A stretch of 64,000 nt of DNA from Bilabrum cf. latius (lineage: Eukaryota): positions 372,001 to 436,000 of the forward strand of contig OZ237767.1 in assembly GCA_965178125.1 (NCBI GenBank). Reading direction: 5' to 3'. Below the pieces are notes generated by a model, which was not told the DNA's origin, searched no databases, and was given only the letters and a program-made list of their open reading frames with translations. Shown here piece by piece: positions 12,476 to 26,143 of this stretch. A program made the translations under genes and the position numbers. Positions within the stretch are counted from its first letter, which is position 1, and each line of letters begins with the position of its first letter.

Positions 12476-13655
12476 ATGCTTCAAAATTGTGCCCTATTGG
12501 GTATATTTGCAACTCTTATACTAGAAACACTTCCTGTGCGCAGCATGTGCCCCAACCAATGCTCGTTTCACGGTCGCTGTGATGAGAGAGGCCACTGCAA
12601 CTGCTACACAGCAACAGGGAATTTCGGCGGGCACACGTAGCCACTTTTCCGCGGTGCGGATTGTTCCGAGCCAGTGTGCCCTTTTGGAAGATCGTCAAAT
12701 ACCATAGGGCGTGCGACGCCTGGGGTGATTTCGGCAACCGGCCCGGAGCTCGCAGCGCAAGGGAGTCCAACGTCAACTCCCTTGATTCGAGTGATTACCA
12801 GCATATCTAGGCTAATGCAGCCGGACCCGTACCAGTTCTAGGTTCAAATTTTGACACGAGAGGGTCCACTTGCCGGCACGTTGCGATACAAGGGTTCGTC
12901 GGACTCCAGGTACAGCAAGCAGTACTATTTTGATGGGGCAGCTGGCTTGCTGACTTCGCTCGAGAGCCCGCTAGAGCTGAAGCCGAGAATACGAGGCAGG
13001 CCTCGTTCTGCTGGTATTTTTATCTACTTGGACATCGGGACTGGAACAGGTCTATCTGATTGGGCTGTAGGGGACGTGTACATGTTCAACGTCACGAGCA
13101 ACGCCGGGCTGGACGGTGGCGGTGCAGACGGCAATCACATGCACCAGTTCATAGAATGCAGTGGAAACGGATACTGCGACCGCAATACAGCCCAGTGTGT
13201 TTGCAACCAGGGCTGGGAGGGGCAGGCCTGCAGCCGCGGTGAGTCCTGGCCATTTGCTGGTTGTCTTGAACTCCCACGGCACGTTTCATGCCCCCCATCC
13301 GGATTGCTTCATCTTTCTCAAACTCCGCATCGTTCTCGCAGCAAGCTGTCCGATGGACTGCTCTGGACACGGGGTCTGCCAGACCCTCAAGAGCTTCGCC
13401 GCAGCCTCCGGCGTAGTGTATGGCGCCCACGACGGCTCCACTTGGACGACGTGCAAATGCGACACGGGATTCCACGGGTTTGGCTGCGGGAAACGGACGT
13501 GTCCTTCTGGGCCGGATCCTTTGGAAGGAGGAGAAGGGGCAGAGGTCGGCAGGGAGTGCTCTGGGCGCGGGGCGTGCAATGAGGAGCAGGGGACGTGCGA
13601 ATGCCACCCGGGCTTCACTGGGGCCAGCTGCGAGGTCATGTCGGCCCTGTTTTAA
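12476..13655 (+). CDS. Secreted EGF/tenascin-repeat protein, resembling stramenopile Sig1/mastigoneme-type proteins; TAG at 12638 and 12839; ends at TAA
   Basis: Signal-like N-terminus, CPNQCSFHGRC, ECSGNGYCDRNTAQCVC, CPMDCSGHGVC, CPSGPDPL and ECSGRGACN. One intron at about 13239-13341. Confidence 0.8.
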
Positions 13656-13849
13656 AGCCAGGCTCGAGCGATACAAGCTTCAATGATGGTTCCAGTGACA
13701 CACACTAATCTTGTTCTTTAGTTGATCCATTCGCTCAGTAGATCCATCACCCCACTGTGTCTACTGAGTAGACTGGCTGGCTGAGCCGATCTTACGAATC
13801 CAGGTCTTCCCACACGCCGGTGCTCATGGTCTCAAAACCAAGTAAGTAA

Positions 13850-16800
13850 TTATTGGGATCCATCCAAGCTGAACTTCTTCACCGCGCCCCTTGAAGACAG
13901 CGGCGGGCGGGGCTCCAAGGGTCCTTTCGCTGGCGACCTCGTGTGGCTCCTCGCGTCACTCTGACTGCGCTCTCGGCTCATGGGCGGCAGGTGCACGGGG
14001 ACAGAGGAACTGCCTTGCGACCCATGGGCCGAGGATGCAGACCCTCCGCTGCCGCCAGTGGGCGCTGCTGCAGGGTACCCAGGTGACGCTGCTGCCGCCC
14101 TCGGCACCCTTCCGCCTGCTCTTGCCCCTGCCTGGGTCTGCTACTGCTGCTGCTGCTGCTGCTGCTTCTGCCGCTTCGCCGCACTCGTCACACCAGCCCC
14201 GCCCTGCTTGGCTGCTTCCTTCAGTCGGCCCATCCTCTGCCTCAGGCTCGCCGCCCTCACGGCCCCTCTGAGCAGCCTGGCTCCCCTGCCCGGGCGACTG
14301 CCGGGAGTGCCTCGCCCGCCCAAACCAGCGCTCGTCGCGCCGGAGCCACTACTGGACATGGGCGTGGCGCTGGGCGTGAGCTGGGCCTCGTCGTGGATGG
14401 ACCGCATGTCCAGTCGCGGAGGCGGAGAAAAGGCGCCCAATGTGGGTCCGCTCGGCCGGCTGTCACCACTGGCAGTGACGTCCCGCTCGTCATCATCACC
14501 AGCACCTACCCTCTACCCGCTCGCCAAACGGACATTCCCGCTCGGCGACCGGCCCATTTTTGCCATGAGGAGAGGCCGCCCCGTAGGAGGTTTCGGACTG
14601 TTCCCTGAGAAGGACAGCGAACGTTCGATGGCCCCCGGGCTAGGGTTTGACTTGATCCCCTTTCGCGGGCTCCCCATGGCCCTTGGTGTGAGTCCGGCTG
14701 GCAGCAGGCCTCCTCCCCCTTTGGTATCTTCAGCAGCCAGCGCCGACTCCAACGAAAAGCTCCCGTGTCCGCTCGTGCCGCCTCCCGAAGATCCAGAGAG
14801 CCTGTGCCTGCCCCTGTGCCCCTGTCCTCTTGGACTGGCCTGCGCCGCCAGCATCGCCTCCGGTGTGAGGACGGGCCCATCCTCTGACAGCCGCAGCATG
14901 CTGTTCTCACGCTGCACCATTAGGAGCCTCTTCTGTTTCCTGCCCTCATCGCTGCGTCTCGAGCCCAGCGAGCCCACCGACCTGACCGAGTCCTGTCTCT
15001 TGAACCGCCGAGGAGAGGCTGACTGGCCCCTGGGGAACTGCGGCGAGTCGTTTGGGTCTGAACCGCCCCCAGTCCGCCTGCCGGCAGCCGCACCACCGTG
15101 AGCCCTAGGAGTCATTGCGCCTGCCATCTCCCTCTCATCTAGGGAGTGCCCCGACCGCACGCTCTCACCGCCCCGCATGGAAACATGATGCCTCGGTGAT
15201 ACGAGCAGGCCGGGCCCCGCAGCACCTGCCAGTGGGCCGCCCCACACGGACCCACCACCGCCCGACACGGTTGACGTGCCCTACTGCCTGGGATTCTTCG
15301 CAGGAGACGCGCTGGCGGCCTGCACCAGCTGCGGCATCACGGTGGAGGCCGCGCCCAGCCGTTCGCAAGCCAGCCTGGACTGGTTCTCAAGAAAGTTGTT
15401 CACCGGATGCGAGTCTCTCAGTTTATCAAGGCCCTGGGGCTTGTCGATGAGCGTCCTGGACGTGAAGGCGTCAATCTCCTGCGCTGCCTGCGTGGTGTAT
15501 TCGATCCATTGCTCCCGGCGCTGCTCCAGCACGAGGTTGACCCAGCCCAGCTCAGACACACCCACGTCCTCGTCTTCGTCCTCCACCCCGGGATCGGTCT
15601 CCGCCTCGGAGACTGACACAGACCCAGTCACGCTGGCCGATGACGACAGAGCGTCAGAGGACCGCTGGTGCCTGCCACTGCCGCCCAGCCGACCGCTCGT
15701 AGAACGGGCGGGCGAAGCTGCGTGTGCATGCGCATGCCCCTATGCAATGGCGATTCCTTGCTGCTTTACCGCCGCGTGCTTCTTCAGCGTGCCCTTGTGC
15801 ATGTCGTCGTCATGCACGGTCAGCTCGGCAGCTCGCTTGAACATGTCCCGCGCATGCTGCGGAATATCCTGCATCTTGGGCCTCTCGCCCCCTGTGGGGT
15901 CCACGGACGGTGCAAGGGCCGGGCAGTAGCACGCGACCAGCCCCGCAAAGTCCTGCAGACCGAGCCTGACATGCGACGCGCGCACCCCCTTCAAACCTCC
16001 GGGCACGCTGAAACCACCAGGACCCGAACGGCCACTACCGCCATGCCCACCCGCAGCAGCAGCAGCAGCCCCAGCTGTGCCACTTGCACCTGCCTTTGCA
16101 GCCTCCGCGTCTCTCTTTGCCTGCTTTGCTGACACGGGCGGCCCTCTCAGCGACCCCCTGCCCGAGGCAATCCCAACCGCCCTGCGATAGAGCAGGCGCA
16201 GCCGCCTGATGTCCCGCAGGTGCTCGCCGAACCAAAGCCCGAGCAGCGTCTCGAGAAGACTGTCTAGATCCCATCGCCGCCTCCGGAGCTGAGTCTTACC
16301 CCGGACAGACGGGTCGGTCCTGAACTCGGTCAGTCCGGAGACTCCCAGCCCCTCGGCGTCTCCTGAGGAGCCCGACGATGTGGTGGTCCCAGTCGCCTGG
16401 CGCTTGAACGGGAACGGCCCGTGCTGCTGCTGCTGCTGCTGTGGAGTGCTTGCGCCAGGGGTGCTGGCCTGTCCTGGCGTGCCTGCACCGCCAATCGCCG
16501 AATGGCCGGGCGTGTGCGCCCCTGCCGCGGATTCTGCATCTCCCTGCGTCCCTTGCTCGAGCAGCCCTTTTAGCCTCTGAAGGAAGGGCTTCTGCACCGG
16601 GCTGGCGAAAAGAGAGGACGTGATCGAGTTAATCATCCCGAATGATAGGGTGACCTGACGCCGGCGACTCGTGGCTGTCGACCTCGAGCTGGCTGCCTTG
16701 GACTTGCGGGCTTTGGCCGCCCCAGAACCAGGTGTACCGTCGCCTGCTGCTGCACCGGTCACCTCGTCGACGGTGTGGTCCATCCCGGTCCCCATCTTCT

Positions 16801-19800
16801 CCTTCAGACCAGCTTCACTGGTGGTCAGCGTCCCGACACCGCCAGAGACCGCTTCGAGCGTCCGCTCCATAGCCCAGAGAAACCAATCCAGCGCCATTTC
16901 AAAGGAGCTAGAGTGCAATGCGACACCGGGGTCGCCCAGCGGCACAGCACGCCTCCCTAGCACCTTCTTGGCCTGCAGCTTTGCCAGCGCCTTGCTCCCG
17001 CATAGTCTGTCCAGAGTGGACGACGGCAGCGCAAGGAGCACGGCGTACTTGAGGGCCGCATTCACCGATACCGCAGGCGCGCTGGAGCCGTGCGCGTACC
17101 TCCTCGTCAGGAGCGCAAAGACGGTGGGGGACTCTCGGAGTGACCTTGGCAGCTGGTCCAGCATCTTGTTCTTGGATAGGCGCCTTGTCTCTGCCGTGAT
17201 GGCCTCCTGGAGATCGTCGGCTCGTATCATGACGCCGGAGAAAGATCTGGGGGTCCAGTCGCAGCCATCGACATCCGAGAGGAAGCCGAGGAGGCGGCAC
17301 CGAGGCGACCTCGGGGCAAACATGGTGACTGCTTCCTGGATGAAGGCGTGCTGCTTGTTGGCCAGCTTGCGTAGACCGTACTGACGAGTGAGGTAGGATT
17401 TCACGTAGGACTTGAAAGGTCGCCTGTGCTTGCCATCGCGATCGTCGCTCCGGTCCGACTTGAGCTTGCCCGCGAACATGGCGGCCACCTGCACGTGCAC
17501 CTCCGTCAATGTCTCTGCCTTTGCCAGTTTGACCAGCATGGCGTCGTTACGGCGGCGCTTCCGCCTGCGTCGTGTTGTGGTGACGTCAGCTGCGGTCAGC
17601 TCCGAGTCAATGGATCCGACGTCATCGTCCAGTGCAGACTCCGGCGTGCCTTCAGGCTTGCTGCCCTCAGCTGCGGTGAGCACATCACGGGCGCTCGTGC
17701 TCGTCCTTCGCTCGAGCCTCGCCTTGCTTGACGGGGTTGTAAGAGACCTAGCACTCTGCCACTTTTTCTCTGGAGACACGGGGGTAGTCGGGGGAATCTT
17801 CACGACTGGGGTGGGCTGGGCCTCCTCATGCACGGACCGTCGCCGCTTCCAGATGCCCCCGCTGGGCTAAGGCATGCGAGTCGTTCCTTTCAGAAGCCCT
17901 TGCGCTGGAGTGCCCGGACGGGGCGGGCCATTCGTGCCAGCCATCGCGTTCTGGTTTGCGCTCCTCACGTCAATGGCCGTGGGGATGCCGAGGGCCCGCA
18001 TCCGCATCCTCGTGCGGGTGCGTACTCTCCTGCCGAAAGACTGATACCTGCCGGTCTCGTCGAGCACGACGCCAGGCACAGAGGGACTTGAGGGGCTGCG
18101 AGGCTGAACCAAGGCCGTGTTGCTAGAATCGGTCGCGCTAGGCCAGTTGTTCCCTGCTCCGATCGCCCTCTTGGGGCCACCCTTCGGACTGACGAGCATC
18201 TCTGGAGTGGCATCGAAGAGAGAAGAGACCGCCTTGGACACTGTGCCACGCCCGTGCCGCTGCTCCATGCTTTGCGCAGCACCGGATCTAGAGGACCCCG
18301 AGGAGTCCTCATGTTCCCTGCTTCCTGCTGCCAGCGCGCTAGCTGCAGCAGATGTGGCAGACAGAGCCATGCTGTGGCCCGAGCGGCTGGTTGATTTGGG
18401 CGCGACCGTGGCGGGCGCCTCGCTGCCTCCCGCGTTGCTGGACCCGTCCACGCTCGTAGCAGTGTTGATGGCAGGCAGCATTTTCTTGCGAGTGGCCTGG
18501 TGCTGGCCCTCCAGCGAAGTGGGGCTGCCGGCAGTGGGGCTACTGTCAACGCCGTCACCATCCCCGGCCGCGTCGTCCCGAGCGGCCGTACCTGGCCTGG
18601 TGGAGGATTGTGCGGATCCGATACCATCCCTACCGTGCAGGATGGCTTCGCCCGCCGAGTAGTCAGTCCTCAAATCGCCCTCCTTGTCCTCGCTGGAAGC
18701 CGTTGTGGCCAGCCCGACGACACCGCTTCCTATCTCGTCGGACGTGCGAAGGCTTCCTCCATGGGATCCGCGTGGGGATGATGATGACGAGGGTGCATTC
18801 ACCTCGGCATCTGTGTTAGTGTGCGGGTGATCGTCCAGCGACAGCGATAGAGACCTCTCGAATGGCTCGCCATCCTCAGTGGTGCCGCCATCGCTGGTGC
18901 CATCCCCATCCCCATCCCCATCCCCATCCCCATCCCCATCCCCATCCCCATCCCGATCCCCATCCCCATCCCCATCCCCTTCGCTGCCCTCTGCCAGAGT
19001 CTGCACCACCCCGCCCGGCTGCTTCCGCATCACTGCCATCTCCGCGCTGGTCACTGCCCTTGCGGAACCTCCAAGCTGCTGCAATGCGCGGCGCCGTAGC
19101 CCGTCCTGGCCATCGATTGAGGCGATCAGGCTGCTGGAGCGCTGCTTGGGCGGCGGCGGCGCTGCCTTGGAGCCGGGGGCAGACTGCCCGCCCGGTGCAA
19201 CCGGGAGTGTCGTCTCCGTGATCCGTGACAGGCTCGGAGCAATGGAGCGAACCTTCCTTACTGGATGGAACCTCCCAGTCAGCTGCACGGAGGCGAAGGG
19301 TGACGTGAACCGGGTCCTGATGGGCTCCTCCGCCTCCGGGGCGTCTGACTCCATACGGTCATCTCGACCAGATTCATTCTGTCCTTCGCTGTTGTCTGCA
19401 GCCATATCTTCTCGGTCTTTGGCACTAGCGTCTGCAACTCCCCTTGCGACCGTGTCAGCACCAGCAGAGCCGCCAGCAGAGCCGCCATCCTCGGCGACAT
19501 GTTTGGATGCAATGTCCTCGTCCTCCTCGTCCTCTCTGAGCTACTCCATGGCATGTGCGATCGCACCCTCGTCCGCTGATACCTCCATATCGAGGCTCTG
19601 ACCCAGTCCCCCATCGCTAGGCATTTCACCGCTGCCGTCCTCGGTCGCTGCCGATGATGATACACCGTAGTAGCCCGCCCCGCTTCCTTGCGACACCGAC
19701 ACGTCGTAGGACCGGCCCCCGCTCGCTGGGTCTGCCTCCAGATCAAATGACAGGGAGCTGGATCCGGAATCGGAATCACCGCTCCCGTCTGATGACGATG

Positions 19801-22800
19801 CGCCGCCCTCGCTTTCTCCTTCCTCCTCCTCTGATGGCGACGGGGCTCGTGCACCGCCCAGCGCATTTGAGGAGCCAAGTGTCAGAGCTCGCCGGGACGA
19901 AGCGATGCCTCCGCTTCGAATCGGTGCAAGCAGGTCAGACGGCATCGCAATGCCTGCAACAGGCGCGTCTTTCTCCATAGGACCAGCACCCTGACTCTGG
20001 CCCTTGTCGACAAGTCGCGCTGGTGGCTCCGATGGCTATGACCCGCTCTCTGCCGAGCTAATCGAGATCCTGGCACTAGCCGCAAGCGAACCCCGCCTGG
20101 ACTCCGCATCGGCTGCATTGCGGCGGCCCATCCCGATATCATCATCGTCTCCTTCGATCGATGCAAGTCGGGCCCTGGACTCGACCGACCTGGACTGCGA
20201 CCCAACGCTGCGCAGGCTGCCAGAGGCATCTCCCAACCTGCCTCGTGGCGAGCTGAAGGCCACGCTGGGGTCCGTGCCTGGGATGGCACTGCTGGCCACG
20301 GACCCAGAACGGCTGTGTGAAGCAGTAGATCCTGCAAGTCCCCTGCTGCGCTGAAGCGATGCTGTGCCAACTGCTGGCTTGGACTTGGGACCTGTGCTGT
20401 AGGACCCTGCCTCGCTGTGCTCCAGTACTTCTGCAGCAATGGCCTCGTGCCAACGGCTTTTCCCGTGGTCGTGGTCGCTGTCGTTCAGTGCCTTGGGAGG
20501 CTGCTTCCAGGTCGAGTGTTCGCTCCCGACGGATGAACCGTCCTCTCCCCCAACCGGTCTCGCGCTCGCCATGACCCTGCCAAGCACAGGCATCGCCCCC
20601 GCTTCGCTCCGCGTCTCCATCTCATCATCCTCCTTAAGCTCTTCCAGCCGGCCGGGCACAGCCAATTTGAACGAGCCCTTGCTCTCGCCCGCTAGCGCTT
20701 CCTTGCCATCCTTGTGCTCCTCGCCTCGCCTGGTCTTGCCCGGCGGCGACTGCAGCGCGCGACGCTTGCCCGCGGGACCGGCCGAGGCGCCAAGCGGGGA
20801 AGTGCTTCCAGAGACTGCGTTCTTTATCTCTTTCTGCACCATTTCCTGCGCCATTGCTTCTGCCCGCAGCTGCATTTCGGGCGTGATTGGCAGGCCTCGC
20901 CTCGCTGCCTCCTGAAACATCTCGTCCTGCAGCTGCGCCCTAGCAAGACGCAGCCTAGTGGATCGGAAGACGGGACCGTAACTGCCCATCTGTGGGAGCG
21001 TGGTGGCGGCGGGTTGCGCAACCGCGTCGGCCGCAAACACGATGTTCTTGTCGGGGCGGATCAGCCTAGGATCCTTTGCGCTTGATGCGGTGCTTGCAGA
21101 CGCGGCTACGGGAGGCCGCTGCGGAGTCACTGCGTCGTAGGGGGCCTGCACCACAGACTACAGCGCGGCAGGGAACAAGTGCAGGGGCGGTTGTACCAGC
21201 ACGCTGCCAGGGGGCAGGGCCAGAGCGGATGCTAGCTGCCCTTGCAGGATGGGGTCTCCTCTCCTGGCACGGCTGCCGCTCGCTTGGTTCATGCCACCGG
21301 CGAAGGAACTAGTTCGGCGGCTCCCGGAGCCCCCGCTGCTCCTGATGCCTTGGTTGTCGGGCAGATACACGAGCACTCGCACGTCTGCACCGGCGATTAC
21401 GTGTCTCCCAGTCGCGTCCCGCTGGCTCCCTCCCATTGCCTGCAGCCGAGCCAGCAAGGCATGCGATCCAACAGAGGCGTGGCTCACCCGCCTCTGGTCC
21501 TCACCGGGAGGGTCCAGGCCTCGGCGCTGCCCCAACGCAGCCTCCGATCCCACGGGAGAATTCCTTCCAGGGATGGAAGGCATTCTCCCAAAAGATGCAA
21601 GGGATCGCTGGCTGCCCGCCTCGCCGGCCTTTCGCAGGGCGACACTGTGCGGGCCCCTGCCATTGACATCACTGATCCCTTTGCTTGCCATCGCGTCCCC
21701 GCTGACGGCCACAGGAACCAGCCACCAGGTGCCGTTTGCTGGCAGCTCCGGTTCGCAGGAACCGGCAGACGACTGCCTCGCCCTCTGCCTCGTCATCGTG
21801 CCCAGCTCCTCTCCCGATCCGCCTGTAAACACCGCCCTCTCGCACTGCACCGTTGCGTCCCTCGTACGCGCCTGCCGGGCGGCCTTGCGTGCTTGCTGCA
21901 GCTGCTCTCGCAGAGACGCGATCTATTCCCGCATTCGAGCGACCCTCGCCGCGTCGATCTGCGCCTGTTTGGCCACCCCCGCGTGTTCCTTCTCGAACTC
22001 TGCCAGCTCGCTGAGGATGCGGGTGTGCAGCTCCTCCGACGACACCTGCGACTCGAGCTGGTCTCTGAGCCTATCTCTCTCGCCCTGGCGGTTGCGCACG
22101 CTAAGGAAACCACCCACACCCTGTGTGTTCTCCTGCGCTCCGCTGCCATCGGACCGCACGCTGGCAGCTGCAACGGCCCGCACTCCGGTGGTCGGCCCTT
22201 TACTCTTCTTGTCCGACTTATCTGTCTTGATGGTGGTCACAGAGGTCCTGCGGCCTTGCCTCGGATTACTCGCGGCTTTGTCTTCGGGCAGCGCGTCCAG
22301 CTTGCCGCTTCCGGCGGTACCATCTTCGCGGCTCTAAAAAGGCCGTCTTGACCTCGCCTTGGGAGTGGTCGGGTTTGAGCTTGACGTGCCCCCTGGCCTC
22401 GGAGACTCGGGTGTGCCGCTCCCCTCCTCGCCCGAATCAAGCACGTTGACCGACCTTGAGGACGCCTTACGACCTGCACGGAGCGCATTGGCCGCTGCTG
22501 ACTATGAATGAGACGAGGGAGGAGGAGAAGCCACCGTGCCTCGCGCGAAAGAGTCGTCGGGCGCCAGCAGGCCGTTCTTCTGCTTGTACTGTATGCGGCG
22601 TATGACGAACTCCGAGAGGGCCTTTCGTACTACGGGATACGTGGCGATTTCCGGCATCACTCGCAGCTGAAACAGCCGCTGATCATCTGCCGGCAGGGCC
22701 TGATACCCCGCCACAAGAGCCTCGATCTGGTCCACTGCCCTGGGCATGCGTCTCAGCAGGCTCACCGTTTCTCGAGTGGCGTCGACACCAGTGAGTCGCC

Positions 22801-24907
22801 GGGCCAGTTCCGCCTGCCTCCTCTTCTCGTGCGCGATCGCGAGCGTTGCTGCCCGCAGAGCAGCCCTCCGCTCTCGCAGCAGGTTGGCTGCTCCCCGCAT
22901 GGTGACCCGCCAGGCCAAGAAGGGCCAGTTCACGTTTGACCTGGGCTTGGGCCGCACGGCGAAGTCGCCGTGGTGAAAGAGGTCCTGCAGGGCCGGGCCG
23001 AGTCCCCGCGTGACCTTGTTCCCTAGGCCACCCGGGCCCCCACCAGTTGCCCGCAGCAATGACGCACTCCTCGATTTGCCGCTGTGAACAGTGCCGGCGA
23101 TGGTGCTGTGCGCCGTGCGCGGGGAACGGCCAGAAGATCCAGCCCCGACCGCAGCGGAAGTGGAGGAAGCCGGTCCTAGCGTGGCCAAAGTGGCCGGGGC
23201 GATCAGCTCCGCTCTGGATCGCATCTCCCTCTGAGTCACGGCCGGATCCGTGGAGCCGGTCGGATCCACGCGCCCGTCCGCAGCAGCAGCCGACTCAGCC
23301 TATGCCAGCGACTGGCCCAGAGTAGCTCCCGTGGGCTGGAATAGCTTGGCGATCTCGGGAGGTAGTGGGGCCTGTTTCGAGTAAACCTGGTCAAACTGGC
23401 GAAAAAGCAAGCGCGCGATCACACTCGCAGCCGCCGCCACCGGTGCAGCGGCCGTGCCGCCTTTCTTGGCGTACAGGTGCAGCACGGCAAGCGCTACGCA
23501 CGCTAGCAGTCGTGGGCTGGCGGACTCGGGAGTGGAGATGCACATCGACTGCACCATGACTGCGGCCTGCCGAAGCCTTTGCATGCAAAATATGCTCGGA
23601 CTGTTGAAGCTGTCCATTCCCCGCGCGAAGTGCCTTAGAAACCGCCCGCAGTCATCTTCAGTGTGCCTTCCACGTTCTAGCCCTGTCGCATACGCGCCTT
23701 CGTACCCTGATGCATCGTCCTCATCGTCCTCCCCCCCTCCACGTCTCACTTCGCTTTGCTTGGAGGACGACCCTGTGAACGTGCCGCCGTCAGGGTGCAT
23801 TGCACTGCTGTGAGTCGGCGACACGCCGAACGCGTCGCTCCGGAGAGAGGCCACGGACGGCTGCGGCTCAACATAGAGCGGTTGTTCCCTGGTTCCACCC
23901 TCCCCCCGCTTGCCCTCGAGCTCTCCTTCGAATGGCATCCCCACAAGGTCCCCTGTCCCCATGCCGGGGGTTTCAGGGGCCAGCGGTCGCTTGCGGGGGG
24001 GTGGTCGCGGGGGGGCGTCCGACCTGGCATGGTCCGATCTCTGATCCGATCCTTTGTGTTCCCCGCTGGTCTCCCTTGCTGCTGGAGGAGCCTATATGCG
24101 GAAAGACACGCCAGCAGTTGACCTCGACCTGGTACTGGCAGTGGTGGCTGCCAATGGGGCCGCGCCGCCACGCAGCACTGCTTCTACCCGATGGCTACCG
24201 GCAGCAGAGGGAGAGAAGGAGGACGATGAGGAGGAGAAAGGGTTGTTCATGGAGGCCCCTGAAGCCGCCGTACTGGCGGGTGATGCGAGTACCCGTGGCT
24301 TGGCCACGTGAACGCGGTGTGACGAGTGAGTATGTCCCGCTGGTGGCACCACCCCTCCATGGGCAGCAGACGGAGAGGACGAGGATCCTACTGCGGAACC
24401 AGATCCGGATAGTCCGGCCGCGGCGCGGCGCCGCGTAGCCAATGGTACCGGAGCCACAGGGCCCCTGGGAGCATTCGGCCCGTTTTCGGGCCATAGCCTC
24501 CGCTGCGATGATGATGATGAGTGCGAGCTTGGTTGCATGTTGTTGTTGCTACCTGACACACCGCTGCCAGATGCCGGCAGCTACTGGCCAGATTGACTGC
24601 CACTCATCGGAGAAACTGGAATTTTCATTCCACTGTGAGAATGCGCATTCGATGCGTCGTGTTCGGTGGGCCGCACCCATTTCTCAGAGTTGGGACCGGC
24701 CAGCACTGCGCTGCCGATGTTGCTGGCCATGCTGCTGCTGCTTCCAAGAGCATGATGTCCTCCTTGTGAGCGATCCAATCTAGATGCCATCAATTCGCTA
24801 CTCCCTGCACCAGTCCGGGCCCTCGTGTCTCTAGAGGAGCGAGCAGAGAGAGGGAGGCTCGGTGCGACGTGGGCTGGTCCGCCCCGCATATCAGACGAAT
24901 CGCGCAT
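13850..24907 (-). CDS. Giant uncharacterised, largely low-complexity protein (about 3685 aa) with 14 in-frame TAG codons; ends at TAA
   Basis: The ORF-track fragments from 13850 to 24907 lie in one frame. I translated the gaps between them and found only TAG, never TAA or TGA. There is a helical island KLKSDRSDD...YLTRQYGLRKLA and a coiled-coil segment. Confidence 0.8.
18900..18979. repeat. (CCCCAT)n hexamer microsatellite encoding Gly-Asp repeats
   Basis: Directly visible; reads DGDGDG in the minus-strand giant ORF. Confidence 0.95.
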
Positions 24908-26143
24908 TCTTTGACGGAGACCGTGACGCTAAAACCGATGCTGGCCCATGATCCTGCCACGGGGCGTTTTGCTGCCACCCATACCCAAAATGCGGTGCGA
25001 TCGGTCTCCGGTTCCTGCGAGATGGAAGGCCAAACAAGTAGCACAGGTACTATCACAGTTAAAGCTCGCGGCAATCGCATGCTCACTGGGCCGATAGGGG
25101 TGTCTCACTGGTAGTATGCATGGGATGTTGTGCACTGCTGGCATTCGTTCCTGAACTCAGGCCATTAAACACGGACTTCAAGGGAGACTGCGATGCATAT
25201 TGAATGGCCGGAAAAAAATGCCCACGATGTTTCGCAGCGTCATAGTTTTCAGCACAATCAAAGATCTAGACCTTACATCTGTACCATAACCCGTGGGAGC
25301 GGCACGTCCGGGTTGCATGGCTGCTCAAGCAGCTATTTCTGTCTCGTTCCGTTGGATGATGCCGGCGGTCGCAACCACTACCGGGTTCTGCGCTCGCTCC
25401 CCTCGCTCCTATTACTCTTCAAGTGGACCTTCGGAAATCACCACGCCTCAGCACCTGATATACGCAGTCTGTACTTAATGTCGTGGCCCAGGGTGTTCCG
25501 CCAACTTGTTTTAGTCCTGAAAATCTGGGAGTCAAGACGCTGCCTGGTGCGACCACCACCCATCCATACGCAGTCGCGGGTTGGCAGAATATGCTATCTG
25601 TAATCGGCTGCGATGTAGCACTAGGAGAGAATCGCTGCCTTATATGTATGCCACTTTGCTCCAGTGGACCTGCTGGTGATGCTGCGGCTCTTGATCCGAT
25701 TACTAAGCACCCTCAGGCTGGGCGTGTCGGGGCCAATGCATCAGAACCCCAGCCGGGCGGACCGCGTGGTTTCGAACATCCATTCCACGATAAGTAGGCC
25801 CCGCGGGCAGCTGAAGTGGTCAGACACTTTCGCAGCATACCACGCTGAGCCGCTGAGCAGTGCCACTGCTGCGGCTCCATCGCTGCCAGTGGCAGCACTC
25901 GACTACCACCCGGTGGCAGGAAGTGCAAGAACTCTAGCTGGGCAGCCCATGCTACACCGTGCAGCCCACTAGCCCACTAGTCCATCGCCGGATGGCCAGC
26001 TCGGCAGCATGATGCATCGCATGCATGAATGATCAACACTACCTGCCTGCCATTTAGCCACATGATTGGCCGCCAGGGGCAGGTGCACTGCACGATAGGA
26101 TTCCTAGGCCAGCTGACGGCACCACTCATTCGTCAATTCCAGA

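Noticed and set aside
13980-22351. Long plus-strand ORFs such as 13980-15101, 21242-22351 and 21249-22337, and similar antisense ORFs elsewhere
   Set aside because: These are shadows of GC-rich coding sequence on the opposite strand, with no recognisable motifs.
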